The notes: generated by a model not told the origin, from the sequence alone. Shown: positions 42,087 to 51,571, counted from the stretch's first letter. The stretch is DNA of 64,000 nt from Candidatus Thorarchaeota archaeon (GCA_046482545.1 JAWOEX010000032.1:1-64000); one strand, 5' to 3'. A program made the numbers and translations.

Positions 42087-43088
42087 CTATTTGTAATCCC
42101 TGTCCAATGCACGCATGTAGAATTTGTTCCCTTCAAATTTTGCTTCAACAAGTTTCTCTTCATCTATCAATCTATGAATAGTATCCCAATTCTCTCCAGC
42201 TTTTGAGAGCAACGAATCGACCCCTTCTTCTCGCATTGGATGCACAGATGTAATATTGAGTATATCCTGTTCGAAGTTGCCTGTAAACGCGAATGCATTC
42301 CCCTCATAGCCAATCAGGTACTCGACGTGACTCAGCTTTTCACTGAATATCTGATACACTTCATTTATGGCTCGTTCAGTTGGAGGTCTGGCCCATGGCT
42401 CTGCGGGAGGTCTTGTGGGGATTGCAACGTAGGATTCCTCGGGTTCCACATCTGACAAGAATTCAGCAATCCTTAGAGCTTCATCGGTTTTGTCATTGAG
42501 ATCCGTAACTAGCATCGTTTCTGTTGCAAGTGCTCCATCATATTCATCTGCAAAAGTCATTATTCCTTCAAGAATATCATCATGATTCAGTTGCCTATGT
42601 GGCCTATTCACTTTACGCCACATAGACTCTGATGCTGCATCAACCTTTACGGAAACCCAGTCGGCAGCAAACAAGTCTTTCCTAACATCTTCATGGGAGA
42701 TTAGCGAGGAATTGGATATTACAGCAACCTTCTTTCCCAACCTCTTGACGTAATCTATCTCCTTTCCGAGGTTTGCATCAAGGGTTGGTTCCCCATCCGG
42801 CACGAATGTGAGATAGTCAATACGTTCATTCTTGTTCTGTGCTTTGTTGACTTGATCCTCTACCTTTCTATAGACTTCGTCTGGCGAATAGAACTTTTGA
42901 CGTTCTGACTGCATATGTATTGTTGGTCCGAGTTGGCAATATACACAGGAGTAGCTACAGATTTTGGGTGGGATGTTGTTTATTCCGATACTCTGTCCAA
43001 GTCTTCGAGACGGGACTGGCCCATAGGCTTCCATTGAATGCCCACGCATAATTAATTCATCATTATAATATTTGACGAGCTGCCACAT
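42087..43088 (-). CDS. Radical SAM protein
   Basis: YGPVPSRRLGQSIGINNIPPKICSYSCVYCQLG (CxxxCxxC), DGEPTL; true start probably further downstream (M13 or M18). Confidence 0.9.
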   Translation of the reverse strand: MWQLVKYYNDELIMRGHSMEAYGPVPSRRLGQSIGINNIPPKICSYSCVYCQLGPTIHMQSERQKFYSPDEVYRKVEDQVNKAQNKNERIDYLTFVPDGEPTLDANLGKEIDYVKRLGKKVAVISNSSLISHEDVRKDLFAADWVSVKVDAASESMWRKVNRPHRQLNHDDILEGIMTFADEYDGALATETMLVTDLNDKTDEALRIAEFLSDVEPEESYVAIPTRPPAEPWARPPTERAINEVYQIFSEKLSHVEYLIGYEGNAFAFTGNFEQDILNITSVHPMREEGVDSLLSKAGENWDTIHRLIDEEKLVEAKFEGNKFYMRALDRDYK

Positions 43089-43132
43089 AACTACTCTGAT
43101 AGCTCAAAATCCTTATTCCCCTCATGATTACT

Positions 43133-44125
43133 TCATGCGGTCAGTGCTTCTGAGTGTGCAAAGGTAGCTGGAAGGCCCCCAGTATGCCAGAAGAGAATTG
43201 ATCCATTCTTCTGGAGATCATCAACCATGGCCATTCTCATTAGTGCCAATCCGGCTTTGGCTGTATATACCGGGTCGAGAATAACTCCATCCATCTTGGC
43301 AAATGTTCCAATTGTGCTTCGTACTCCATCGGTTACTACACCATAACCCTCGTTGAGGAACGTATCATCTATTTGAATTGCTCTTCTGGTTTCGGGGATT
43401 GTATCGGGGTACTCATTGTGCATTTCCTTCAGAAGCGATGATATACGAGAGTGACAGCCATCGGTATCAAATAGCACACTAACGCCGACAATATCAATGT
43501 CCATTCCAGCTATTTCAGCTCCAGCCAACATACCTGCGAGAGTACCGCCAGTTCCGACGGGTACGATGATTTTGTCGATATCCAGTTCGTCTTCAATCAT
43601 CTGTTCTTTTAGTTCCAGCATTGCTTGAACATAGCCGAGGCATCCCGTTGCAGTAGCAGCACCGGCTGGAATAGCATAGGGGCTTAGGCCTAACTCGCAT
43701 AGTGTATCGACAACGTCATCGAGTCTTTCATGCAATTCTTCAAATCCCGCATCTTCATAATACTTGATTTCGGCTCCCAGCAAGCCATCTAGCAAATGAT
43801 TACCCTTAGGCACTTCAGGCTCTTTCCCTCCAAGCAACAATACACATCGCAGTCCCAAATTAGCCGCGAAAGCGGCCGTCTGTCTGCAGTGGTTGCTCTG
43901 TAGTCCCCCAACTGTAACGAGAGTATCCGCCCCTTGTTCAAGCGCTTTCCCAACAACGAATTCGAGCTTACGGGTCTTGTTACCGCCCGCGCCTATTCCT
44001 GTTAGGTCGTCTCTCTTTATGTAAAGACTGTTCACTTCTAATGAATCTGCTAGGTTGTGGAGTTCATGAATCGGAGTTGGAAGAAAAGCACGGTGCACCC
44101 GAGGGATGTGAGATAGCAATGACAT
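43133..44125 (-). CDS. D-cysteine desulfhydrase / ACC deaminase family PLP enzyme
   Basis: PTPI, KRDDLTG..GGNKTRKLE, QSNH, GTGGT, ILDPVYTAK, FWHTGG. Confidence 0.92.
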   Translation of the reverse strand: MSLLSHIPRVHRAFLPTPIHELHNLADSLEVNSLYIKRDDLTGIGAGGNKTRKLEFVVGKALEQGADTLVTVGGLQSNHCRQTAAFAANLGLRCVLLLGGKEPEVPKGNHLLDGLLGAEIKYYEDAGFEELHERLDDVVDTLCELGLSPYAIPAGAATATGCLGYVQAMLELKEQMIEDELDIDKIIVPVGTGGTLAGMLAGAEIAGMDIDIVGVSVLFDTDGCHSRISSLLKEMHNEYPDTIPETRRAIQIDDTFLNEGYGVVTDGVRSTIGTFAKMDGVILDPVYTAKAGLALMRMAMVDDLQKNGSILFWHTGGLPATFAHSEALTA

Positions 44126-44140
44126 TACCTGGTAACCCCT

Positions 44141-44345
44141 TTAGAGATATTGAAATTCACCCAGCACGTACAGCGTGAATGGTTCGTCCGACAGGAAATC
44201 AAATTCCTCTTCAAGGTAGTATCCTGCATTCTTCATCTGTTCTATGGTACGTATGTAACTGATGCATAAGTCTTCCGAGAGTTTCTTGGCTACCGGGTCA
44301 TGGCTATTGCGCTAAATCATGATGAACTCGTATCGTCTATTTCTA
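44141..44345 (-). pseudogene. Remnant resembling the C-terminus of a class I SAM methyltransferase
   Basis: Reads RRYEFIMI*RNSHDPVAKKLSEDLCISYIRTIEQMKNAGYYLEEEFDFLSDEPFTLYVLGEFQYL*, with internal TAG at 44312-44314 and no start. Confidence 0.3.
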
Positions 44346-44355
44346 TTACAGATTC

Positions 44356-45318
44356 CTACAGTGAGGCACCACAGTTCTTGCACTTGCTTAGTCCATGCCT
44401 ATTTTTGTGGCCACAATGCGGGCAAATCACAAGGTATGCTATACCGACCTCTGCTTCCTGTGAATTTTCTTGGGTAGAGCTAGTGGCTTTCTCCGGCCCA
44501 GATTGGGATTCGGTTAAGTAGGAAAAAAGCGGTTCGGATGAATTGGCCTCTCCATTCCCAATCACCGGCGATGATTCAATCCAGAGATATGCATCATCTT
44601 GCGTAACATCGAGCCTCCTGCCTTCCACCTTGCAAAGAGTCGCTAGCATGTCATAGTACACATATTCGATGCCCCAAGGCGCAAGCCTATTCTCGGACCC
44701 TCGGCTATCTACTTCGAGCACGCGAAACACTGTATTATTCTCTTTAAGATAGCTCAGTATGGGGCGGAGAGCCATCTCGATATAATGCCTGACTTCCTCA
44801 ATCGTATGATTGTGTTTAGAACGTTTTGTGATTACGAAGCCAAGATACTCGAGGTCCTTCCCGCGTTCTTGAATCATATAGCGGATTCCATCAATCAGCG
44901 GCTGTATCTGCCCCGATAATGCATCACCGAGAACACCGGAATCTGAGGGGTCGATAGTCACAAGGACAGCAGATACATTTTCAACCGCACGCTTAAATTT
45001 GGGTGTCGTTCGGGTATAGTCCTCTCCCCGCATATCTCCCACCCGAAGAGTCATCCCGCTGAACAACCAGCCTAGCTTTACTATTGAACCTTTGAACGAT
45101 ATTCTCTTCTTGAATTCTAAGGGATAGGCGTATTCTTTTACTGTCGGGGGAAGCGGCTTGCCTGATACCATCAAATCAATCCAAAGGCCATAGTCGTCTG
45201 GAAGCTTGTCGAGATTCGCCTCTATCCAGCCCATTTCTGAAAGTCGGTGAATGGAGGCCACCAAGAAGGTAGTTTTTCCCGTCCCCTTATTCCCCAGTAG
45301 TGCGATTGATTTGCCCAT
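44356..45318 (-). CDS. TRAFAC-like GTPase (double-GTPase 2-like) with C-terminal zinc ribbon
   Basis: G1 GNKGTGKTT, G2 LPPT, G3 DMRGE, G4-like VITKRS, EVDSRG; CPHC..CKNC; ATG45318 after GGTGT RBS preferred over 45396. Confidence 0.8.
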   Translation of the reverse strand: MGKSIALLGNKGTGKTTFLVASIHRLSEMGWIEANLDKLPDDYGLWIDLMVSGKPLPPTVKEYAYPLEFKKRISFKGSIVKLGWLFSGMTLRVGDMRGEDYTRTTPKFKRAVENVSAVLVTIDPSDSGVLGDALSGQIQPLIDGIRYMIQERGKDLEYLGFVITKRSKHNHTIEEVRHYIEMALRPILSYLKENNTVFRVLEVDSRGSENRLAPWGIEYVYYDMLATLCKVEGRRLDVTQDDAYLWIESSPVIGNGEANSSEPLFSYLTESQSGPEKATSSTQENSQEAEVGIAYLVICPHCGHKNRHGLSKCKNCGASL

Positions 45319-45529
45319 AAGCGGTACACCCGACTCTCTTTGGATATTAATCACGATTAGAATAATAAGGATTGTTTGTCTGAGGAATAAATTCAATCAT
45401 CTGTGAGAACGGAATAAGTTTATCTTTGAAATAGTTGATGCTTGAATAACTGGACATGGCAGAACGCAGTTGATTGCCTGTCGGTTCATGTTTGCATAGA
45501 ATGATTGAGAATCTCGAGGGCTTGTGTGT

Positions 45530-46288
45530 ATGTCAGTGTCTCTACCCGATGCAAAGAAGAAAGTAAGCGTTCTAGGTTGTCCTGGTGTTGGGAAGACGAC
45601 GTTCCTAGTGGCAGCAATTCATCAGCTTGACAAGGCTGGATGGGCCCGCGCAGATTTGGAGACACTACCAGCTGAATACGGCACGATAGTTGATAATCTC
45701 GTGGCTGGTAAACCGCTAGCTCCTACAGTAGGCCTTCATGGTTATGTATTTGATTTCAATGATTTCACATATCGGAACTCTGAGGTGAAGGCGGGCTGGT
45801 TTGGAAGTGTTAGCGTGCGCCTTACCGACCTAAGCGGAAAAGATTACCAACACAGTGCATCGCTTTTCAAGCAATCACTAAATGATGTGTATTCAGTGCT
45901 CATTTTGATTGATCCTGCACGGGAGCCCACACTCAAGCATTCTTTGGCTGGTCAAATGGGTCCGATAGTTGAAGCGATTAGGTATATCGCAGTATATGAG
46001 GACGATATCGAGCATATCGGGTTTGTCTTCACAAAGGCATTGTTGCACAATCACGAGTACGGGCGAATGGTTTTGATACTTGAAGAACAGCTTGCACCCG
46101 CTCTAAACAAAGCAAGGCGTGAGGGCATTGATATCAGCTTCATGGAAATTGACAGTAGAGGTCCTGATGAAACACTTGAACCGTTAGGTATCCGGCGCGT
46201 ATTCTATGATGTACTGAGTCGAGAATGCAAAGTCAAGAACGAGAGACTAGATGTAACTGGTCCACTTGAAAGGAGAATTGCAGCATGA
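45530..46288 (+). CDS. TRAFAC-like GTPase, paralogue of 44356-45318
   Basis: G1 GCPGVGKTT, G2 LAPT, G3 DLSGK, G4-like VFTKAL, EIDSRG. Confidence 0.8.
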   Translation: MSVSLPDAKKKVSVLGCPGVGKTTFLVAAIHQLDKAGWARADLETLPAEYGTIVDNLVAGKPLAPTVGLHGYVFDFNDFTYRNSEVKAGWFGSVSVRLTDLSGKDYQHSASLFKQSLNDVYSVLILIDPAREPTLKHSLAGQMGPIVEAIRYIAVYEDDIEHIGFVFTKALLHNHEYGRMVLILEEQLAPALNKARREGIDISFMEIDSRGPDETLEPLGIRRVFYDVLSRECKVKNERLDVTGPLERRIAA

Positions 46289-47226
46289 GAGCCTATATCC
46301 ACCTACCATTTCAACAGAAACCCGCAGTACTCGGAAAACCGGGTAGAGATGTTATGGAGTCCATACAGTCAAACACAGTACCTCGTAATCTGCCGGTTGA
46401 TTGGTTCAAGGATGCCAATCTGAAGATACTCAGTGCGTTTTGGGCGGGGGAATCCGAACTTGCGATAGCGGTAACGGTCCGTGGAGACAAAGATAGGGCC
46501 GGAAGGGAGAATCTCGTATCTCATGTGGTCGTGTCTGATCAGGAACACTTCCTAATGGATCCTTTGAGTTCACTCAATGTACTTGCTTCGATGTATTCTG
46601 ACTCCCAAATCGCTACGCCTGAAGGACTACTACGAGTTCTGGGTGCTTCGAACAGCATTGTCAAGGACGATGATGGCTGGAATTCCTGGATAAAGAGGAT
46701 ACGCGGCTTTGACCAGGTTTTCTTGAAGAATGCTTTGGGGACAGTTGCAAACAGGCCCTACACCTACTTAGCCTACTCCGAGGAAGACCGGCTTTTCGAC
46801 CTCCTCAGAGTCATCTTCATGATCATCCAGCCGTTTATGGGCAGGAAGTGCTCTTTTGTTTCACTTTTTGGCACATTTGATGAACCTGATAGCTTTGTGA
46901 TTCGTGCGTTTCGAAAAGAATCCAACAAGCTTGATTTGGCAACGGATGAGTTGGATTCCATCAAGGATCAGAATGCATCACTCATTGACCTTCAGGACGA
47001 AAAGATTCTCGAAAATCGGGAAAAGAAGAAGTTACCGGAAGTACTACTCAATGAGCTATACAATGACCCTTGGGTGCGGTTGGGTAGGTATGAACATCTT
47101 TCCATTCTTAGGTACATACTGCAGAAGAAAGCTGCTGGGAATGAAAAGGACCTTCATCCATATTCTGAACAGCTCTTGGAAACCCTCCGGCGACTCAAGC
47201 GAATTGATAAAGAAAGTATGCACTGA
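46285..47226 (+). CDS. GTPase-associated protein, GAP1-N2-like
   Basis: DKDRAGRENLVSHVVV resembles the GAP1-N2 D-x-x-GR-x-x-N-x-x-x-H motif; ATGA overlap with upstream GTPase. Confidence 0.55.
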   Translation: MRAYIHLPFQQKPAVLGKPGRDVMESIQSNTVPRNLPVDWFKDANLKILSAFWAGESELAIAVTVRGDKDRAGRENLVSHVVVSDQEHFLMDPLSSLNVLASMYSDSQIATPEGLLRVLGASNSIVKDDDGWNSWIKRIRGFDQVFLKNALGTVANRPYTYLAYSEEDRLFDLLRVIFMIIQPFMGRKCSFVSLFGTFDEPDSFVIRAFRKESNKLDLATDELDSIKDQNASLIDLQDEKILENREKKKLPEVLLNELYNDPWVRLGRYEHLSILRYILQKKAAGNEKDLHPYSEQLLETLRRLKRIDKESMH

Positions 47227-47243
47227 CTGTGAGGCATCTACTG

Positions 47244-47945
47244 ATGGCGAAAACCATAGTTCTGCTAGGCCCTCCCAAGAGTGGAAAGACATTCTTCAAG
47301 ACTGCTTTCAGTATTGCACTTGAAAAAGAAGGCTGGGGCCATTTAACCCGCATTCTTCCATCATTGGGTCATATCGTGGATTATGCGCTTGCTGAACAAA
47401 CCCCTCCCTACCAAGGCAACAAGGTCCCCGAATATCATGAACTCGAACTAAGAGATGGAACCTCAGTTGAACTAATCGAAGTAACAACCCCTATAGAGAT
47501 GAACAAGCGGGCTGTCAAGAGATTCAAGGATTTCATTGGGAAAGCTCATTGCTTGATTCTATTCTTTCGGTCTATTGAACGAGTGAATCGCGTTACAGCT
47601 GATGACGTAGGAGTTACGGAAGAGCGGAAATACATGGAGCACGAGGTAATGGACCAAGCCAAATTTATGCAGCCACTACTCCTGAACGAACTGAAACCAT
47701 GGTGGAAATTCTGGCGTCGGATGAACCGACTAATGGTTGTGACCACGCTTTGGAAGGGAGACGCCTTGGGTGCCTTACAGTTCGAACAGGATGTAGCGGA
47801 AGCGATGCCTCAGGCTATGCGTTATTTGGGCAAACGCGGCGTAACATATTCTTTTCACACGCTGGATTTTTTGCGCGATGACGGGGGTGTTGCAATTGAG
47901 GAGGTTGAACCTCTAATCCCGCAGATAGTGCGAGCGGTGGAATAG
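47244..47945 (+). CDS. Divergent P-loop GTPase-like protein (degenerate G2/G3)
   Basis: KTIVLLGPPKSGKTFF; IEVTTP in place of DxxG; PWWKFWRR; same strand order as its paralogues; alternative GTG start at 47229. Confidence 0.7.
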   Translation: MAKTIVLLGPPKSGKTFFKTAFSIALEKEGWGHLTRILPSLGHIVDYALAEQTPPYQGNKVPEYHELELRDGTSVELIEVTTPIEMNKRAVKRFKDFIGKAHCLILFFRSIERVNRVTADDVGVTEERKYMEHEVMDQAKFMQPLLLNELKPWWKFWRRMNRLMVVTTLWKGDALGALQFEQDVAEAMPQAMRYLGKRGVTYSFHTLDFLRDDGGVAIEEVEPLIPQIVRAVE

Positions 47946-48132
47946 CATGAATTGGCAAAACATGGATTCTGCGATAATGATATAGCGATACATCATGGCT
48001 AATGCGATGACAACAAGAGAGGTCTGAGAGCTACTTCTTTCTAATGTTACTACTCAAGCGTCTAACCTAGATTTACTCCAAGCATTGGTTAGAGAATGGA
48101 TTGAGAAGTATCTTGGCCAACTTTTCTATATG

Positions 48133-48231
48133 ATGTTTGTCAAACATTGATACGTTTGACATTTACCAAATTATTTATAAGGGAACGTGGCTTAGTTTGG
48201 CATACGTCAAACGATGCGAATACATCAAACG
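48133..48231 (+). promoter_or_regulatory. Promoter with multiple TCAAAC/GTTTGA operator half-sites flanking a TATA box
   Basis: TGTCAAAC-N8-GTTTGACA at 48138-48161; TTTATAA at 48174-48180; further half-sites at 48195, 48206 and 48224. Confidence 0.65.
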
Positions 48232-48259
48232 TTCAACAATCATCGTATGGTGAATAAAA

Positions 48260-49168
48260 ATGGAAGATAAACAAACCACGTTCTTAACAATCTATGAGGA
48301 CATGAAGACAAGCCTAGGGCTGGCTAAGAACAACATGCTCTCTTGTCTCCTAGCTAATCTCGGCATGGCTTTACTCCTCGGTGTAATCTTCGCTATAGTT
48401 TCGATTCCTATTATCGCCGCTGTTGTATTGACTGGTCCCTATGATTGGATGTTAATGGGTCAGATGATGGCGGTTTGGTCTCAAAACAATCCATGGGCCA
48501 TAGGAGGCATACGGCTCATTTTCTTAATACCTATTGCGTCCTTGTTCCTCATTGTTGTGGGCTCGATTTATGGCATCAGCAAGGAAGTTGTCGAGACTGG
48601 CGAGACCAAAGCCGAATCTGCTTTCTCTTGGTTCAGGCACAACTTCTTGACCTTTGCAGGGGCAGGCGTCATGCTTACGCTGATAATTATAGTCCCACAG
48701 CTGGTCGTTGGAGGAGCTATCTCGATAGCTATGAATTACCAAGTGCCGCTTGTCATTTCACAAATCCTCTCAGCAGCTAGCTTCGTGTATACCTTCATTA
48801 CAGTTGGTCTATGTGCCATGGTCCTCCCTGCTATTGTCAATGACCAAGGCGTTCAGGAAGCCTTCAAGGAATCATTCAGTTTGGCTATCGAACACTTTGA
48901 TAGGGTATTCGGTCTTATGACTGGCCTCTTGGTGTTCTTTGTCCTGCTTTTCTCTCCCACCATAGTTTGGGGTTTGATTGCTGGACCTCGTCCCATGATG
49001 GTCCTGAACCCTGCCTCAATTGCTGTAGGTGTCTACACCGTGATTACAGGAATCCTCACGATACTCCTGTTCCTGCCGATGGCGATTATCTCCCTCGTCA
49101 AGGTATATCACGAACTGACCGGAGGTAAAATTGTCAAAGAAACCGAGCCAGAGATACCAATGATATAG
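48260..49168 (+). CDS. Multi-pass membrane protein (~6 TM)
   Basis: Hydrophobic helices; EAFKESFSL..FDRVFG motif; GGTGA RBS. Confidence 0.8.
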   Translation: MEDKQTTFLTIYEDMKTSLGLAKNNMLSCLLANLGMALLLGVIFAIVSIPIIAAVVLTGPYDWMLMGQMMAVWSQNNPWAIGGIRLIFLIPIASLFLIVVGSIYGISKEVVETGETKAESAFSWFRHNFLTFAGAGVMLTLIIIVPQLVVGGAISIAMNYQVPLVISQILSAASFVYTFITVGLCAMVLPAIVNDQGVQEAFKESFSLAIEHFDRVFGLMTGLLVFFVLLFSPTIVWGLIAGPRPMMVLNPASIAVGVYTVITGILTILLFLPMAIISLVKVYHELTGGKIVKETEPEIPMI

Positions 49169-49237
49169 ATGAATAACACTGGCAGTCCCTCTCTGTTGCA
49201 GAGGGCACTTGCTTGCTATTTACGAGATGAAAAAACA

Positions 49238-50161
49238 ATGTCTATGAAAAACACGGATTTCAAAACGCTATTGAATGATCTCAAGATTAGTCTTCGATTT
49301 GCTGCAAAGAATGTAATTTCCTTCATTCTAGGCATGATTGGTGTGCTTATCGTTTCAGCCTTACTCCTCGGAGTAATTGTGGCTGTCACCTTCCCGGTAG
49401 TCATCCTATCAGCAGGAATGCACCGGATAATCGATTTCATCACAACTCTAAGAACAGTTCTCGGATATATGGAAGGAACAGCGATTATGGCAATAATCGC
49501 CATGATAGCGGTGTCAGCCCTCGCCCCCTTCTTGGTGGCCATAGGTGCCCTATTTGGCATGGGTCGAGAAATTGTTGAGAGTGCGGGAACATCGGCTGAA
49601 GGCGTATTCAAGTGGTACAAGAACAAGTTCTTTTCCCTAGCTGGGGCCGGTATGCTGCAGTTCCTCATACTTGTTTTGCCAGTTGCACTATTGGTGATGT
49701 TCCCTGCACAAGCACCCTTGCCCATTTCCAGTGCTGGCACCTTTGCAATTACATCAACGATTGGAACTGCATACTTTTTGATTGCCGGAAGTATACTCTC
49801 AATGACATTTCCAGCAGTGATCGATGGTCATGGACCAATTGAAGCTGTCAAGGTTTCAGTAGGGCTGTCGATAGACTATGTGGATCGAGTCTTCTCCACG
49901 TGGCTTTCATATCTGGCAATAACAGTACTGCTTTTTGCCCCGATAGTTGTTAGTATCAGAGGGGTTGTATGGTCAGATTCATTCTCCCCTGTAGTAGCCT
50001 TCATGGGCATCTATGGTGTTGTTGCTGTAATCCTGTTAATTTTCTTGGTAATTCCAGCAGCGGTCATCGGCCTGACCAGAATCTATCTAATTTTGAGTGG
50101 GGAAGAGCGACAAATTCCGGAAGATGAACATCCGGACATCAATTTGGTTGGAGATGTTTGA
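49238..50161 (+). CDS. Multi-pass membrane protein, tandem paralogue of 48260-49168
   Basis: GMGREIVESAGTSAEGVFKWY vs GISKEVVETGETKAESAFSWF; ATG49238 aligns with the paralogue start; hairpin in 49185-49210. Confidence 0.8.
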   Translation: MSMKNTDFKTLLNDLKISLRFAAKNVISFILGMIGVLIVSALLLGVIVAVTFPVVILSAGMHRIIDFITTLRTVLGYMEGTAIMAIIAMIAVSALAPFLVAIGALFGMGREIVESAGTSAEGVFKWYKNKFFSLAGAGMLQFLILVLPVALLVMFPAQAPLPISSAGTFAITSTIGTAYFLIAGSILSMTFPAVIDGHGPIEAVKVSVGLSIDYVDRVFSTWLSYLAITVLLFAPIVVSIRGVVWSDSFSPVVAFMGIYGVVAVILLIFLVIPAAVIGLTRIYLILSGEERQIPEDEHPDINLVGDV

Positions 50162-50163
50162 AA

Positions 50164-50811
50164 ATGGCGAAGAAAAGCAATGCACCACCAATGAAAGACT
50201 TGAAGGTCATCGAAGATGCAAAGACAATCAAGCTGCTCTTCGAACCAACTCGAGCAAATATTGTCTTCAAATACCTGACCAAGGGTACCATGACTGTCAA
50301 ACAACTGGCTGATGCACTTGATAAAAATCCTGGGACAATTCTACATCATATTGACAAACTCAAGGATGCGGGATTAGTTGTTCAGGATTATACGGAACCA
50401 ACAAACACCGGAATAGTTCAACGTTACTACCGTGCTACAGCTAGGGAGTATCGCCTTGGTATCAGCGGAATGATGCAAACTGATGGCGGAGTAGCTGAGT
50501 TTGCAAAAGAACGGCTCAGGTCCATGGTCAAAAGTCTCTCAGTGTATGGAATCGACATTCCGGAAGATGAGATTCCAAACGCAACCGAGGTACTAAGGCG
50601 CTTAATCGAGCGGGAGAATGCAGTGAGTTCGGCCTTGTCCATTGTGGACGAGACAGAATATGAGGATCTCTCACGATCCCTCCGCAACGATGCATCGCGA
50701 ATCATGCGTCGATTTGCTCTAGAAGAAGATTCGCAATACAGAGAACGCAGGAGAGTATGGCATGAGTTTTTGCGTAAACACAAGAAGAATGATGTGATTG
50801 ACAATGAGTAA
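50164..50811 (+). CDS. ArsR-family winged-helix transcriptional regulator
   Basis: LFEPTRANIV, MTVKQLADAL..NPGTILHHIDKLKDAGLV, GIVQRYYRATA. Confidence 0.9.
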   Translation: MAKKSNAPPMKDLKVIEDAKTIKLLFEPTRANIVFKYLTKGTMTVKQLADALDKNPGTILHHIDKLKDAGLVVQDYTEPTNTGIVQRYYRATAREYRLGISGMMQTDGGVAEFAKERLRSMVKSLSVYGIDIPEDEIPNATEVLRRLIERENAVSSALSIVDETEYEDLSRSLRNDASRIMRRFALEEDSQYRERRRVWHEFLRKHKKNDVIDNE

Positions 50812-51571
50812 TTACGAACGAAACAACGCGATGGTAGCTTGCATAATAGCCGTACTCATTATCGGAGCTGTAGGAGTAGGAGCTCTGGTATGGTTAGGCG
50901 GAACTAATTGGAGTGGCTTCGGAGGCCCGAATTGGAACACAACAACAGACTTCACTTTCGAAGAAATGGAATCAACCATGCCAGATTCAGTCTCTCTCGA
51001 TGTAGATTTGAATGCTGGTGAATTGAATATTGTCTTTGTTGACGATTCAGAGCTTCTATACCGTTTCGATTTGGAGGTACCCAACAGAACCATATCCCAA
51101 CATGGAAATCCATCAGTGAGCTATAGCTCGGATGTCATTGCGCTTGACTATGCGGCTGCCAAGGCTAACCTCACGCTTGGTAGTGGAACCAACTACACCA
51201 TGTCTTTCGATGTGCAAGCTGGAGGCGTTCAGCTGACAATCGGCGAGAATGCTCATGTTGGAGATTTGAATATCACAACTGAAGCAGGGGGCATTGACCT
51301 AACAGCAACCGATAGTGCCTTCTATAGTGGTGATGTTCAGTTCAATTTAGCTGCTTCAACAGGGGGCATAACGATGAATGTTGACCTGCCCTCTACCATT
51401 GGCGGCAGTTTCACTGGTACTACGTCTCTAGGTGGAGTGGATGTATCCACATCTACGTGGACCCAAACGTCAACAGGCAATTACGAAACTTCCAACTATG
51501 ATACGGCATCTCAAACGGTTACAATCACGGCCACGGCCACCCTAGGCGGAATTCAAGCTACCCTAGCTTAG
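50798..51571 (+). CDS. Membrane-anchored beta-solenoid protein (DUF4097/LiaF-LiaG-like)
   Basis: N-terminal TM helix, repeated xAGGIxL/xGGVxV rungs, Thr/Ser-rich. Confidence 0.7.
   Translation: MTMSNYERNNAMVACIIAVLIIGAVGVGALVWLGGTNWSGFGGPNWNTTTDFTFEEMESTMPDSVSLDVDLNAGELNIVFVDDSELLYRFDLEVPNRTISQHGNPSVSYSSDVIALDYAAAKANLTLGSGTNYTMSFDVQAGGVQLTIGENAHVGDLNITTEAGGIDLTATDSAFYSGDVQFNLAASTGGITMNVDLPSTIGGSFTGTTSLGGVDVSTSTWTQTSTGNYETSNYDTASQTVTITATATLGGIQATLA

Noticed and set aside
44312-44314. In-frame TAG here (and TGA at 51859) as pyrrolysine/selenocysteine recoding
   Set aside because: Both lie in start-less fragments at non-catalytic positions; decay is the simpler explanation
45319-45396. Hydrophobic N-terminal extension (signal peptide-like) on GTPase A
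   Set aside because: AT-rich divergent promoter sequence; the RBS and paralogue alignment support ATG45318
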